Below, one piece after another: positions 38,651-51,811 of a stretch of DNA of 64,000 bases (its first letter is position 1; each line of letters opens with the position of its first letter). The notes under the pieces are model-generated. The model saw nothing but the letters and a program-made list of their open reading frames with translations, searched no databases and was not told the origin of the DNA. The position numbers and the translations under genes are program-made. Source of the stretch: Sphyrna mokarran (taxonomy: Eukaryota); the NCBI GenBank assembly GCA_024679065.1, contig JAGIQG010000016.1, forward strand, positions 11,408,001 to 11,472,000, given 5' to 3'.

Positions 38651-38677
38651 ATAAGGAAAGTCAGCGTGCACGTGCGA
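38651..38677 (+). CDS. 27-nt phase-1 micro-exon DKESQRARA
   Basis: ttgtattctcag|ATAAGG...GTGCGA|gtgagt. Confidence 0.8.
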
Positions 38678-39047
38678 GTGAGTAAATAACAACGACATGT
38701 TATCTGACATGTTTTGTGCATTTAATCTGCCTTCAACTGATGTGGATAACCAACAAGTGTTAAAGACGCGGGAAACTTTGGGCCATGTTTTGATCGTACT
38801 ACATTATTCCACAGCATCACAACTTAATCTGACCAGAATCAGGTTGTAACTAAACAAATATCGTATTCCACTTAATCAAATATAAATGCTTATTAATGAT
38901 ACGAGGAACAGGGAATGGAATTGATAACCGTCAATTTTCTACCATGGGATCCTACTTATTCACGATGAATAGAAGAATGTGCATCTAATCTTATGTTTGT
39001 ATCACTTTAAACCTTTCTGCATTTTGCCTTTTTTTTATATTTTGAAG

Positions 39048-39074
39048 AAGTCGAAGATTTGCTTGCAGACACAG
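39048..39074 (+). CDS. 27-nt phase-1 micro-exon KVEDLLADT
   Basis: ttttatattttgaag|AAGTCG...ACACAG|gtaagg. Confidence 0.8.
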
Positions 39075-40272
39075 GTAAGGACATTTCGATTTTTTTTTAA
39101 AATAGGTTTCTAATCTAACATTTGCTTTATTATTACCAATTATTACAAAAAGTTTCTGCCAACTACAGCAGCGGATATATATTAATTAGACATAAATCTC
39201 TGTTGCAGATTCAAAAATGCGATGAAATTTTATTCAAATTTCCAAAAATAATGCATGCGTGTCTCAGGTTTTGGAATGTAGGGAGCGGAAGTGATGACAT
39301 ATGCTTCATGCTACAGCATTATTCGTAATTATGAACGGGTAGTATCATACATACTGAAACTGATGTTTTAGATACAAATTGAGCCACTTGCAGGAAAAGT
39401 TTATTTGCTTTCTGTTCATAATAAACACCATCACATTAGCCGTTCAATCACTGAAATCCGATTTTTTGAGGAAAATGAAGTAAGCAAGTCGATTAACTCA
39501 ACTCAAAATCGCCACTTCAAAGGATGAAACAAGTGTTTCGCACATTAGATCGCCATGCCCCAAGGCAAGCAAGTGATCGTTATCTAATCTCCTGCTGGCC
39601 TCGAGTATGATATACGTAAGATCATGCCATAATGATTTCCTTATTTCTAAATGGATATCAGGGATGAGCTGAAAATTTAAGACCATACGATTGGTTCCAC
39701 AAAGACCGTTGCTCTCATACACCAGTGACATAATCCCGTTTTTTTTTTGGATTCCACCGCTGCTCTATTTGGATTGCAGTTATGGTCTCTGACTCGTTAG
39801 TGTTTCCGACTAAACAATATAAGCAGCAAAAAGAAAGTAGTCACCACCCGTTGCGTCCTCATCTTCATTAAATACTTCCGCTGCTGATCTTTTGCATCAT
39901 AAAGCATTATTTCCTGCATTTGTGCACGAATTATCCTTTATTTTTGGAATTAAACAGAGAGACTAATGATGTCCCTGAATATTCCAAAATTGCATCTCTA
40001 ATAACCTGTGGATTAAGGAAAAAAAAACACAAGATTGTGACCCTGCGGATTAAGAAATTTCTGGACTCTTGTGTTGTCGGCAAGCAGAAGCCAGTAGATG
40101 ACTTAAACAAGAAGGTTAATTGTTCATCAATTTCTCTTCCCGATGCAGAGTGGTAATGTAACATGCACAAATTATTTAAGTGTAACATAACATGTTAATT
40201 AATTGCCAGAACAAATGCGAGCATTCGCATTTGATTGTAAACGCTTATGTTGTTTTGCTTAATTATCTTAAG

Positions 40273-40335
40273 AATATGGAGAATTACAATGAATGATGAG
40301 AGACAAAAGGGGAAGACGTGGCTCAAGATTCGAAC
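40273..40335 (+). pseudogene. 63-nt (36+27) exon-like segment EYGELQ*MMRDKRGRRGSRFE with in-frame TGA
   Basis: tatcttaag|AATATG...TCGAAC|gtaagc; first 36 nt fit the 36-nt class pattern; stop in phase 1, open in phase 2. Confidence 0.35.
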
Positions 40336-42024
40336 GTAAGCGTACATGAATTCGGATATTGTTGATAAAATGGCAAACTCACTTGTTTGCCTGGAAAAGA
40401 TCTCAGATTGAACACAGACTGTTCATCTCCATTCACAAATTAAGCAAAATAAATTGAAGTCAATTCAACTCACATTTTCTACGAATCCAAATCAAAAGAT
40501 ATGCTGTGTGTTTCATTCAGTGAAAAAATCCGGATTGGAAAAACTGTCACGCTCAGTTGCAATGTCAGTTTTGCATCATTTCACTAATCGACAGTGAGCC
40601 ACACAGCGTGTGTGATACATGATTAGAGATTGTCAAATGTTCCAATGAGTGATTTTCTTTTATATAGCAAGTATCAATAACAAATAAAAAATCTCGACTG
40701 GGAAATGGTATAACATGAACAAATAGCTGACAGAAAGAACCAATTCTATCAGAAAAAAAACATTTATTTGTGAGCATCCAATCAGCAGCAAACTGTTCAA
40801 ATTTGAGACCACTGAAGTTTTTGTAATAGATCATGAACGATATTACGAACGATATGAAAGTTCTGAGTGTTCTGGGTCACTGCTGATTTATTGAAGAGCA
40901 GTACTTATAACAATGTTCATCACCTTCTGCGGCAAAGACAAAACATTCAGCCGAACAGCTGAACATGAATGCCTGGAATGATATTGTGATTCTAACAGCC
41001 AATAATCTGTAAAATTCAGCCAACTGAAGACAAAATAAAGTGGCAGGGAAATTATTCATCTAAAAGAGCAGTGAAATCAAAATAATCGGATAATTTGTTT
41101 TTACGAGATAGTAATGTCATATTTGTTGTTAATATTTTTCAGATGTATGCTAAGATTCAAAGTGTACGTGTTCGCTTCAAAACACTGAACACGCAAATTG
41201 ATTAAAATGAATGCACTCATCAGGATGGGTAACTGTTCAGTCGATTAAGTTCGAGGGAAAATTGAACGTCTGAAAGCAAACATTTGGAAGGCGTTCGTAA
41301 TTCGCTGTTGGAATACAGTAGCAAAAAGACAAATACATTTTAATAGTGATACAGGCTGAACAGAAGAGGAAAGCTTGCTTTTAATCATTATTTACTCTGA
41401 GTGCAGTACTCTACTATGCATTTTGTTACAACTAAAGTAGTCATTTGCAAAAAAAAAAGGAACAAATGAATTATTTTGGAGGGCGTTTGCATGATTTGTA
41501 ATCATTGAAATTCTGGCTTGGCAGATCAGCCTTCTTTTCATTGAAATGACAATTCAAATATGATAAAGATTACAGACAAAACAAAACAATATGAGGCGTG
41601 GATGAAACATCAGGCAAAATCTATCTGAATTTTCCAACATCATTAAAGTATGGGAGTGTATCGAACTCTATCCAGCATTTACAGCTTGCGTGGAGTTTTG
41701 CAAAAGCTTAATTATTTTAGCTTCTTCAACTTTGACTAGCTGGTTAAACGAAAGATATGCTGTTACATCACAGTGCATATTTGGAGTATTTTGCTTTTAT
41801 AATTTTAAATATAATTATATATATGTATATATATGATTATAATTATATAATTCTATAATTCTGGCATCACGTTGAGTTACAAAATATTTATAATAAACAA
41901 TAAACTCGATCGTTCCCTTCCGCGGGTCGGCCTTTGGTTTCAGAGAATGTGAAGATTTTTGCAAATATATGAGCGCAATTGTTTCCCAATATAAACCTGG
42001 AATTGTTCTCTTTATAATTCGCAG

Positions 42025-42051
42025 CAAACAAGTTGCTAGCAAAAGAAAAAG
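42025..42051 (+). CDS. 27-nt phase-1 micro-exon ANKLLAKEK
   Basis: ctctttataattcgcag|CAAACA...AAAAAG|gtacac. Confidence 0.75.
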
Positions 42052-42260
42052 GTACACATATAACTGGCTTTATGTAGGTCTGTTCAAAATGCTAGTCAGC
42101 ATTTTTGAGGGAAGGGGCTTTGTGATCACTTTTGAAATATCCTGCTATAAATGTGATTGTGACGATCATACAAATGCTGAATTGTTTCCTCAATTGTCAT
42201 TCATGCGTCTCACTTCATGTTATTTTACATGTTCGAGTTCTCATTATTATTATTGCATAG

Positions 42261-42287
42261 GATCTGACGGTCCCTATCTCATTCGCA
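42261..42287 (+). pseudogene. probable dead 27-nt exon GSDGPYLIR (donor GT>AT)
   Basis: tattgcatag|GATCTG...TTCGCA|ataagc; exactly 27 nt, open in phase 1. Confidence 0.45.
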
Positions 42288-42679
42288 ATAAGCTTTATAT
42301 CCATTTTTATGGATGTAGACATGCGCCTTAGCTACCTTCTTGAACCTTTGTACTCTGGGCGGTTTTTCAGGTAGTGTTACCCAGAATTTAGGCCGCATTA
42401 ACTTTATATCCAATATGCTCATAGTTCCGAGATACAATCAAACAAAGTTGATTTTGAAAATGCATATTCATATATTAGTCACTTAAACTTTGGCTAAGGA
42501 TGCCCCGAGTGTGTTGCTTTTAAATTTGGGTCCATTTTTTTATGAACGGAACTGCGGGGTGGTGGGGGGGTGGATGGTGGATAAGACTGAAAGGTTTTTT
42601 ATGAACGAGTGGAGAATATATGGGGCACATCTGTTACAAATTTAAGGTTTGACGTTGTCCCTCACAATGTAAGGCAACG

Positions 42680-44005
42680 TGGCTTTGTAAAGGGGAGGTC
42701 GTGCCTTAAGAATCGAGTAGGATTTGTTGAGGAGGTGACAAAAACTGGTGATGAAGGACGAGCCGTCTCGTCGTCCAAATAGATGTCAGTAAGTCGTTTG
42801 ACAAAATCCCTCATGGTAGGTTGGTGAAAACAGTTAAGGTTCTTGAGATACAAGGGCAGGTGGCTAGATGGATTGAGAACTGGCTTTGCAACACGAGACA
42901 GAAGGTGGAAGAGACTTATTCTAGCTGGAGATCTGTGACTAGTCGTGTGCCGCAGGGCTCCGTACTGGGACCTTTGTTACATGTGATACATAGAAATCAT
43001 TTGGAAGAGGGAGTAACTGGTGTGATCAGCAAGTTTGCAGATGACACGAAGATGGCTAAACTTGCTGATAGTAATGAACAGTGTCAGACAATACAGTAGG
43101 ATATAGAGAGGATGGTAAATTGGGCAGTGAAATGGCGGATGGAATTTAATCCAGATAAATGTGAAGTGACGCATTTTGGAAGAAATGATGTAGCGGGGAT
43201 TTATGGAATAAATAGTAGGACTATTAAGAGTATGGAAACACAGCGGGACCCAGGTATGCAAGTTCACAAGTCCTTGAAGGTGGCGGTACAAATGGAGAAG
43301 GTGGGGAAGAAGGCATATGGCATGCTTGCCTTTATAGGAAGGGGTATAGGTTATAAAAAGCTGGCATCTAATGTTGCAGTTGTATAGAACGTTGGCTAGA
43401 CTGCACGTGGAGAACTGCGTCCAGTTCTGATCGGCGCACTACCGGAAGAACGTGGAGACCTTGGAGAGAGTTCAGTAGAGGTTTACCACGATGCTACCTG
43501 GTATAGGAAAGATTTGGAAAATTAGGGCTGTTCTCCCTGGAAAGACGGAGAATGGAGGCAGACCTAATAGGGGTGTACATGACGATGAAAGAAATAGATA
43601 GAAATAACAGTGGGAAGCTTTTTCCCAGGTTGGATAGAAAAAATCACAAGGGGCCACAGACTAAGGGTTAGAGGGGCGAGGTATAATACAGATGCTCGAC
43701 GGAGTTTTTTCACACAGAGGGTTGTGAGGGTTTGGAATGCACTGCGAATTACGGTGGTGGAAGCAGGCACGCTAGAGTTGTTTAAGCCTTACCTAGATAA
43801 TCACATGAACAGGCTAAGATGGAGGGATACAAAATAATGTTCTAGTTAAGGATCAGGAGCCTCAGGGCGTTCGTGGGAATCATTGGATTCCTATGGGGCG
43901 TCCAATATATTTTATGCCTCAGCTGTCTGTTACGTTTTGAGCTTCTGGGAATCTTCCGCGAATGTCTGTATAGGTTGTGTACGTTTATTTATGTCTGTTT
44001 TGTAC
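42680..44005 (+). mobile_element. CR1 LINE RT region and 3' end with start of the extended 3'UTR
   Basis: ORFs VTSRVPQGSVLGPLL...KFADDTK, WRMEFNPDKC, TRGHRLRV; 43830-44005 is homologous to the reverse complement of 26390-26545. Confidence 0.9.
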
Positions 44006-46211
44006 ATTTTGAGATTCATTTATATTACGAGCCGAGTTGTCTTACCGTCATACATGGAATTTCGCAATATTTAACTTTCAAATCAAATCGACTGAAGACT
44101 AGTTACATTGTCTTTCAATGCCAAAAAACATGCATAATTTGCCAGAAATTTGCAAAAAGATGCAAAAAAAAATCACAAACAGTACACTAGCTTTCTTCTA
44201 TGGGAATTTATTTCACGTGCATTTCTTGAGACAGAAGAATTTTATATACATATATGTATCAGTACGGCAAAAGAAGCTCGTCATTCGTGGAAGAAAATGC
44301 ATTTAATATTGTTTAAAATCGGATAAATTTCATTATAATTTCAATAGGAGATACCATTTCAATATCACGTTCTGTACAATGCGTTGCCTTTAATTGCTTT
44401 ATATTCTACGTTTTTTAAGGTTTCAAGATTTGGAGAGGAAATTTACATATGTTTTCCTTATTATTACTTGGGACTTTCTGCATGTATGTCAACAATATTT
44501 TGCATCATTGCGACATTTTTGCAGACTTGGTATGGTTTATAAAGGGACTTTACATTTTCTATCATAGAAAATATACAAATATTTTAAAAACATGCCTTTC
44601 GTTGACTGCAAGTATTCTTTTTCACATACTTGTTAAAATGCATTAATTCATTTCTATTTACAATACACATTCATAGAAAGTAATACTAACAGCACAGTAT
44701 TCGAGGCACATTCTATGCATTCACATCGTTAGAAATTTGGCGGTATAGTTTTTTTTATGTTATGTATGCTGTGTTTGATGTGCAAATAGAATCAAGAGCA
44801 CGCTGTAATGAACGGTTGAGTTTTAGTTTAAATTTTTGGGTGCGTTCGCCCCCGAAATCCTGGATTGCACTGACATGGAGAATAATTTTTGAATTGGCAA
44901 TGATTAGCATAATTTTTTCATATACGAATTGAATTGATACCCTGATCAAATTCATTGTATCTCTTTTTTTTTAGTTTTGTGTTCAAATGAGAGCATTTAA
45001 ACATCACCACCCTTCTGTGCAATCTTGCTGATAAAAAAATAACATCCCCTCTGTAATTGATGACCGGGCCCAGCATGTCTGCTATTGGTTAGCTATTCTC
45101 CAATACTAGTTTAGTATCAACACTCTGTATTCTTCTTGGCATTTTCGCGTGATCTAATCACGACCGTAAAGTTAGAACTTATCCGTTTTTTTTTCGAGCT
45201 GCCACTGTCGTTTCTTTTTTTTGGTAAAATTATTTGTTCTTTGTTATGCAATTAATATAGTTACTATGATTTGACAGCTGTTCCTCTACATCTCCAAGTA
45301 GCCCAACAAAGAGAATATAAAATGTCCAAGAGCAGGTTCCTGGGCCTGCACGTGAACAATTTCTGACTCGAATAAACATTTAAGATTTAAAGGAGTTAAG
45401 ATTAATCTGTTAATTAATGTTAATTAATTAATAATTAATTAATAGGTTTTCTAGCCATCCAAAAGACCTGTTACTTGGAGGGAAACGAAATGTTGTTGTA
45501 GTGCCCTTCATTAACAAAAGGACAGCAACGTTGTTAAATGTTTATTAAATATCTCCAGATTGTCAGCGGGAAATTGAAGAAAAAATATGTGTGCAATTCG
45601 CAGAGCGGTTTACAAATAACAAGAAAGCATTTTATTAGGCGATTTCAACGATCCCAACATTAACTGGAATGACGAACATCTTAAGGACTTAGATGGAGTA
45701 GGTTTCTTAAATATATGCAGGAAAATGCATTAGACCAATATTTAGATGATGCAACAAACATCGGAGTTATGCTGGATGTAATTCTTGTGAATGAAGCTGG
45801 GAAGGTGGTTAATTAATTGGTGGCGTAGGAGGGCGGTGGATGGGGGGTAGACATTTTGATGGTAGGGACTTCAACATGTTTCAATTCGAATTTGCTATCG
45901 ACAAATAAATTGTGACGTTGCAGTAATAAAGAGATTTGGTTTTAGGGAAAGTACATTTTAAGGAAATTAGACGGATCTGGCCATTTAAAAACGAACGAAT
46001 TAATTTTGCTGAAATCAAAGGAGAATAGTGGACGGGTTGGGAGGGGGAGGAGTGGCGGAGTTTTACAACGATGAAATATGGAAGATACTGGCCCAACATA
46101 TTCTCTTGGCATAATAGGACGTTGCAACAAATATAGAGAACCATTGAAAACCAGAGACGTTCAGGGTACAATGGTGTAAAAACAGAGGCTGTTCAGAAGT
46201 ATTGGGGATTT

Positions 46212-46505
46212 AACTCTGCCAATCAGCCTAAGAGCACATCTTTGGGATGTGGGGGGAAACTGGAACACCCGGAGAATACCCACGCAAGCACGTGGAGAAT
46301 GCGCAAACTCACACAGACACAGGCACAAATCCATGTATCTGCACAGCATAGCGATAGTCACTGGGCTGTCGTGTTGCCCTCAACTGGTCTCGTTCAAGCG
46401 TACACTAACGACGTGACGCACTAGGCTAATCTCGAAGAATCCAGGAACAGCCCTCCCACGACCCATAGCGTTTATGCTCCTTGTTAGACAAGGCGGGCTG
46501 AATTA
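46212..46505 (-). mobile_element. Fragment of the CR1 extended 3'UTR/V-core element nested in an older CR1
   Basis: Homologous to 26075-26360 and to the reverse complement of 35530-35810. Confidence 0.85.
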
Positions 46506-47194
46506 AAAGAATGCATTGAACGAATTTTTCACATCTGTCTTCACTCGTGGGAATGGAGAGGGGTTGTGAGACTTTAGAGAATACTATCATTGCGAGTGAC
46601 AAGTCACTGGAGGTATTGGTGGGCTTAAAAGTGGACACATCTCCAGGTCAGGATTAATTGTGTCCCAGGCTGATGTGTGTGGAAAGTAAATAAACTGCAG
46701 GGGCTCTGAAACATTTTTTTAATCTCTCTGATGAATAGGCTGATGCGAGAGGAAAGGAGGAACAGCTGATGTAGTCCCAAAATTTAGACATTTTGTACAG
46801 AAGAACACAGGGAAATACAGGCCAGTGAGCCTCACGTCTGTGTTGGGAAACCACTGAAGAAGACTCTAAAGGGGAGTGTGTACCTCCATTCGGAATGAAA
46901 GAGTTGGCAAGGGATTGTCAGCGTGGTTTTGCCAGAGGAAGATCATTGCTAACATTTTTTGAACTTGCAACCGACTATGTGAATGAGGCTAGTGTGGCTG
47001 ATGTAGTTTACAGGGATTCTGTCAAATCCTTTGACAAAGTGTCACATGGAACACTTGCTTTTTTTTTACGGAAAAGAAGATGTACTTATTTGTCACAAGA
47101 AAGGCTTACATTAACAATGCATTTAGTTAATGTGAAACTAAGCTAGTCGACACACTTAGGCGCCTGCTCTGTTCAGTGCGTCACACAGCATGAC

Positions 47195-47362
47195 TTCTAC
47201 TTTCACGACGTGGAAGCAAACTGGGGCACCCGAAGGAAACCCATGCAGAGACGGGGAAAATGTGCAAACTCCACACAGATGGCAATTGAAGCCGGGAATT
47301 GAACCAGAGTCCCTGGAGCTGTGTAGCAACAGTGTCAACCACTGCATCACTGTGCCATCCAC
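47195..47362 (-). mobile_element. V-SINE fragment (tRNA head and V-domain) nested in CR1
   Basis: gaaacccatgcagagacggggaaaatgtgcaaactccacacag...gccgggaattgaacc...ccctggagctgtg. Confidence 0.8.
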
Positions 47363-48038
47363 GACAGCTAACGCAAAGGGGGTACAGGGCGATCTGATAA
47401 ATCGGATTCATAACTGGCTATGTTGCGGGAAGACAAAGGTTGGTGGCAGATTGCTGCTTTATTAACTAGTGAAAAGTGGCGTGCCTCGGGGATCAATAAT
47501 TGGCTCCTTTGGTTCGTCATTTATATAATCATTGTCTGAGGCGTTAGGTCAGTCAGTGTGATGATATCACAAAGTTTGGCCGGTTGATTAGCAATAAGTT
47601 TGAATGTCTTGTGTTACTGGGAAACATAGACGAAGTGATCAAATGGGCAAATAAGCGGCAGATGGAAACTGACCAAGTAAGATGTGAACTGGTGTACTTT
47701 GGACAGAGTGTTGTGACAAGGCAGCATACTACGATAGATCTGATACTAGGAAGCTCTGGAACATTTCATGGGGCATGTCATGGAGATCTGAAATTGGAAA
47801 GGCATTTTAAAATGATAGTGTAAAATGCATGTGTCATTCACAAATTCATCAATTGGATTATCGGTCACAAACACAGAGACGTCATGTTAGAGCGCCACAG
47901 AGCTTTGATGAGGCCGTAGCTGGAGAACTGTGTACAGTTCTGGTCGCCACACTAAAGGAAGGACTTGAAATCTGTCGATGAGGTGCAGAGAAATTTCACA
48001 GAGTTGCCTGGAATAGGATTTTTACGTCATCATGACAA

Positions 48039-48758
48039 GTGACAAGTGGTGTGCCTCAGGGGTCTGTTTTGGGGCCCCTGCTGTTTGTAATTTTTATAAA
48101 TGATCTGGATGAGGGTATTGAGGGATGGATCAGTAAATTTGCAGATGACACTAAAGTCGGTGGAGTGGTAGATAGTGAAGAGGGGTGTTATAGTTTACAG
48201 AGTGACTTGGACAAGTTGCAGAGCTGGGCCGAGAGGTGGCAAATGGAGTTTAATGTGGAAAAGTGTGAGGTAATGCACTTTGGCAGGAACAATAAATGTG
48301 TAGAGTATAGGGCTAATGGTAGGGCTCTTAATAGTGTTGAGGAACAGAAGGATCTTGGTGTATGTGTCAATAGATCCCTGAAAGTAGGCAGTCAAGTGGA
48401 TAAAGTTGTTAAGAAGGCATATGGAGTCTTAGCTTTTATTGGTAGGGGGATTGAATTTAGGAGCCGCAGCATCATGTTGCAACTGTACAAAACTCTAGTG
48501 CGGCCGCACTTGGAGTATTGTGTGCAGTTCTGGTCCCCACATTATAAGAAAGATGTGGAGGCATTGGAGAGGGTACAGAGGAGGTTTACCAGGATGTTGC
48601 CTGGTATGGAGGGCAGGTCCTATGAAGAGAGGTTGAAGGATTTGAGGTTGTTTTCGTTAGAAAGGAGGCGGCTAAGAGGGGATCTTATTGAAGCATATAA
48701 GATGATTAGAGGTTTAGATAAGGTGGACAGTGATAGCCTTTTTCCTAGGATGGAGAAA
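48039..48758 (+). mobile_element. Young CR1 RT fragment with uninterrupted frame, truncated at both ends
   Basis: ORF 48039-48812 SGVPQGSVLGPLLF...FADDTK...RPHLEYCVQFWSP; homology stops after FPRMEK. Confidence 0.95.
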
Positions 48759-50726
48759 TTGTCCGTCCATATTCCAATTTTCAAAAAAAAAATTGAATGT
48801 GACAAGAAATGAGCAGTTGCAGAGAAAAAGTGCTTGGGGAAAAGAATTTGAAAACTATAACAAATGGTTATTTTCCAAATGTGCAGGACCATTATAGCAG
48901 ATTTCCCTATGGTTGTGGATAAGAGTTTTTCCTGACTTGCATTTTACGTTGTCATACTATGATGCGCAGAGCATCACTCCGAGTTTTTTTAGAAACTTAC
49001 AATAATGGAAAATGGCAATACTATTAATCAATTTGCAACTGAATTGCAAAAGCGAACATTGATTAGCAGTAATTTAGCAAAGCGGGAAGTGGCAGAGATA
49101 TTCGTAAGTCATTGCAGATATTGGGAAAACTCTAAAGAACCTGAGTAAATGCCTGGAATCTGATACCTGCGTGCTTTTGTAGTCTAGATATGCCAGGAGA
49201 TGTTAATATTTCTGAAATAAAATACTTGTAATAATATAGCGTGTCTTGGGGAATTGAATCACAGTTCAAGAAGGTGATGTCAAACTTGAAAAAAAAACAA
49301 GTAGTTGTGCTTCCCCTCGTATGTTGTGCACGGTGATGGGAAAAAAAAGTACTTCAGAAAGAATGTACACCCGTGTAGGAGAGTGCCTAGGATGTACAGC
49401 CGTATAAATACAGGGGTGAGGAACAAACGTTTTAAAAGAACCATTGTAGAAGTTGTAATTGCATTAGAGAAAAAAAAACACAGAGAGATGAAAGGTTGTT
49501 GGAATAGTCAATCTCCGGAATGTCACAGCTCTGCGTACCACGAACTGAATAGTGTGAATTAAAAAAAAAAAATGACAAAACTTGCACAGATGATTTGATC
49601 AAACATATGTATTCACATCAAGGATTGTTGGAAAACGGAATGGACAGATTTGGTGCTGTTGTGTGATATACATCCAAACAACTGAAGCTGCAACTGGATT
49701 TCCATTTCAAAATAAATAATGCGCCAGGTTCTGTTTGAAAGGCACAGACAGAAAATCAGAAATCCAAGAGTGGGTCGATGAGCAGAATGTCACATTTTGT
49801 GTCATCGTAATAATTTTATTTACATCAATCTTTGATTCAGACTTTATCACCACTATTGACAAGAACCCTCTTAGTTCAACGTTTCATTTCACTATACGAA
49901 AGAAATGTCCTCAAAACTGTCTTTCCACCATCTTCAGAGAGGAAATGTATTCCCTTGATAATCATCCATGTGCACAGAAATAAGGGTTCGTATCCATGGA
50001 ATCCCAAACAATATAGCATTCTATCTGCGGTTGCAAGCAACACCTTTCAGAGTATCGTTTAATTTGCTTTCCAATGCATTTCGTATAAGAATATTTACAA
50101 CTGAACATAAAAGAGAAATGCATTGCACCAACTATTTCCCTTCCCTTTGCGTATAGCTAACATCAATGGCGTCCGTATCTGAATAATGTTAAATATCGAA
50201 TTAAGGTTGTCCACAAATTAGTGATCCAAGTTATTGTACAACCGTGACGGAAGTCGTGAGATGCTGGTGCTTCAACCTTTCCAGATAACATCAAATCTGG
50301 TTGCTACTTTTGTTCACGTCAGGCTGTTGTATTGCTCACTTTTCGAAATCCTGAAATGCCACTTGAAGAATAGTCCTGTTATGCCTTTTGATTGACAATA
50401 CAAAATGTCAATAAAGTACGCATTTACATTATTTCCGTGCTGAAATCATTATATCATGCTATTTTACTGCAGTTAATATCAATGTTTCATTTGTACGTAT
50501 TCCAGTGCAACTCAAGCTAATTGCAAGAAATGTCTAGTGCTGATGCATGTTGTTAAATAAACTTCGAATTATTTCTTGAATAATCAATTGGTGACCTATT
50601 CCGATGAGGTGGTACGTCGTGCATTATGTTTTTCAAGTTGCAGTACTTCATTACTATAGCTCGTTGAACATAATATCTTCATTGACAATACTTTTATTAA
50701 AAAAGTCAAATAAGCTATGTTTTTTC

Positions 50727-51110
50727 TTAGAAAGGAGGCGGCTAAGAGGGGACCTTATCGAAACATTTAAGATGATTAGAGGTTTAGATAGGGTGGACAG
50801 TGATAGCCTTTTTCCTAGGATGGAGAAAGCTAGCACGAGGGGACACAGCTTTAAATTAAGGGGTGATAGTTATAGGACGGATATCAGAGGTAGGTTCTTT
50901 ACCCAAAGGGTGGTTCGGGAGTGGAATGCCCTGCCTGCAGCAGTTGTAGATGCGCCATGTTTGGTGGCGTTTAAGAGGTTAGTTGATAAGTATATGGAAG
51001 AGAAGGGAATGGTTTAGTTTGGAGGGGCATTGCTTTTTATATTGGTCGGCGCAACATCGAAGGCCGAAGGGCCTGTTCTGTGCTGCAATGTTCTATGTTC
51101 TATGTTCTAT
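50727..51110 (+). mobile_element. Young 5'-truncated CR1 3' end with (TTCTATG)n tail
   Basis: LERRRLRGDL...TRGHSFKL...FFTQRVV; ggccgaagggcctgttctgtgctg...gttctatgttctatg. Confidence 0.95.
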
Positions 51111-51811
51111 CTATTCAGCCATGTGATAACATTGTCTGACTTCTCATCATCTATATTTACTTTTCCTGCCTTGCACTCTGACTCAGATCGAGCCAGTCTG
51201 TGCCCTGTTCACTTCGTTGAAAACAATGTTCCATGGTTTGATCACGTTAAGGTGATTGGTTTTAACCTGGAACTTCTGAAATAGCACCTATGTGCAAAAC
51301 TTCCCTGCCAAAAATTAGACAAATTATATTGAAAAAATCTGAATAATCATCCAGACGTAACTAGCACGATGCCAGCAATGCAATTGTTTGTTTCATCAGA
51401 ATCATTTTTTTTTGTTTTCAAAACGATGGCACTGTTGCAGATATTGATTCATGAACGTATGCACCTATTTCCCCAGCTATGGTTGTTAGTTACGTTGATG
51501 TGCATCTTCCCCTTCCATGCCTTAAAAGTAAATAAGGTAACAATATAATAAATTGAGTGATCGTATTTTCCATCGATTGGTGCTTCTTTCGTAGCTCTGA
51601 TTTCGTTTTTTTTAAAAAAAACGAACTGCTAAATTCACCATATATTTGCGAACAACACAGCTTAGTCTGTCTCACAAGTTGGACATTGTGCAATGTCAGT
51701 GGATATTTGAACTTACCTAAAATGTCGCTCATGATTTACTGCAAATGTGCTATCCAGAACAGTAGAACGTACATGACATTTTTTTTTTAATAATTGATCT
51801 CTACTTTACAG

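Larger units (their letters stand above)
45450..48025 (+). mobile_element. Old CR1 ORF2 interrupted by nested insertions
   Basis: GDFNDPNINW ~45640; QRGFARGRS and SFDKVSH ~46920-47050; RPxLENCVQFWSP ~47910. Confidence 0.75.

Noticed and set aside
44348-44450. Exon-like segments at 44348 and 44420
   Set aside because: Non-class lengths, weak donors and an implausible ~46-nt intron
48039-48812. 257-aa ORF as a host gene or active reverse transcriptase
   Set aside because: It is a CR1 ORF2 fragment lacking the endonuclease, the RT N-terminus and the 3' end
49078-49103. 26-nt exon AKREVAEIF with gtaagt donor
   Set aside because: Poor pyrimidine tract and non-symmetric length; it would need an unsupported compensating exon, though it could be a decayed member
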